Of a stretch of DNA of 32,174 nucleotides, positions 32,120 through 32,174 are shown one piece after another. Each line of letters opens with the position of its first letter. Positions within the stretch are counted from its first letter, which is position 1. Under the pieces are notes generated by a model. That model saw only the letters and a list, made by a program, of their open reading frames with translations, had not been told where the DNA came from and did no database searches. The position numbers and the translations under genes are program-made. Source of the stretch: Octopus sinensis (lineage: Eukaryota); NCBI RefSeq assembly GCF_006345805.1, contig NW_021829603.1, positions 1-32,174 of the forward strand, in the 5' to 3' direction.

Positions 32120-32174
32120 TCTTCACCTCTTCTGTTTACTTCGCAACACTACCTCCCCCCCATAAATTTCTTAC

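Overview
This is eukaryotic, AT-rich, repeat-dense animal DNA. It is most consistent with an octopus/cephalopod genome, inferred from a mollusc-type 5S sequence and the SINE repertoire and not verified. There is no prokaryotic system or CRISPR array. Two host genes are visible. (1) A ~5.3-kb single coding exon (1869-7142, +), broken by ~20 single-base shifts, threads into a ~1,750-aa protein with an N-terminal helical region and about six tandem degenerate beta-propeller (NHL/TolB-like) modules. (2) The 5' part of a secreted/membrane leucine-rich-repeat gene (27181 onward, +) has signal peptide, LRRNT and two 72-bp one-LRR exons, and continues beyond the window. The rest is transposon debris: two tRNA-derived SINE families, R4/Dong, CRE, Tx1/L1, CR1 and RTE LINE fragments, two non-autonomous Helitrons, a mariner MITE and many microsatellites. 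The most unusual signals concern retroelement RNA biology. A full-length 5S rRNA is fused to a full-length SINE inside one target-site duplication. SINE multimers, some flanked by one TSD pair, always restart at the same base 3' of a hairpin loop. Two hammerhead-ribozyme-like motifs sit in LRR-gene introns. A 3.3-kb duplicated/fold-back rearrangement may be an assembly artefact.
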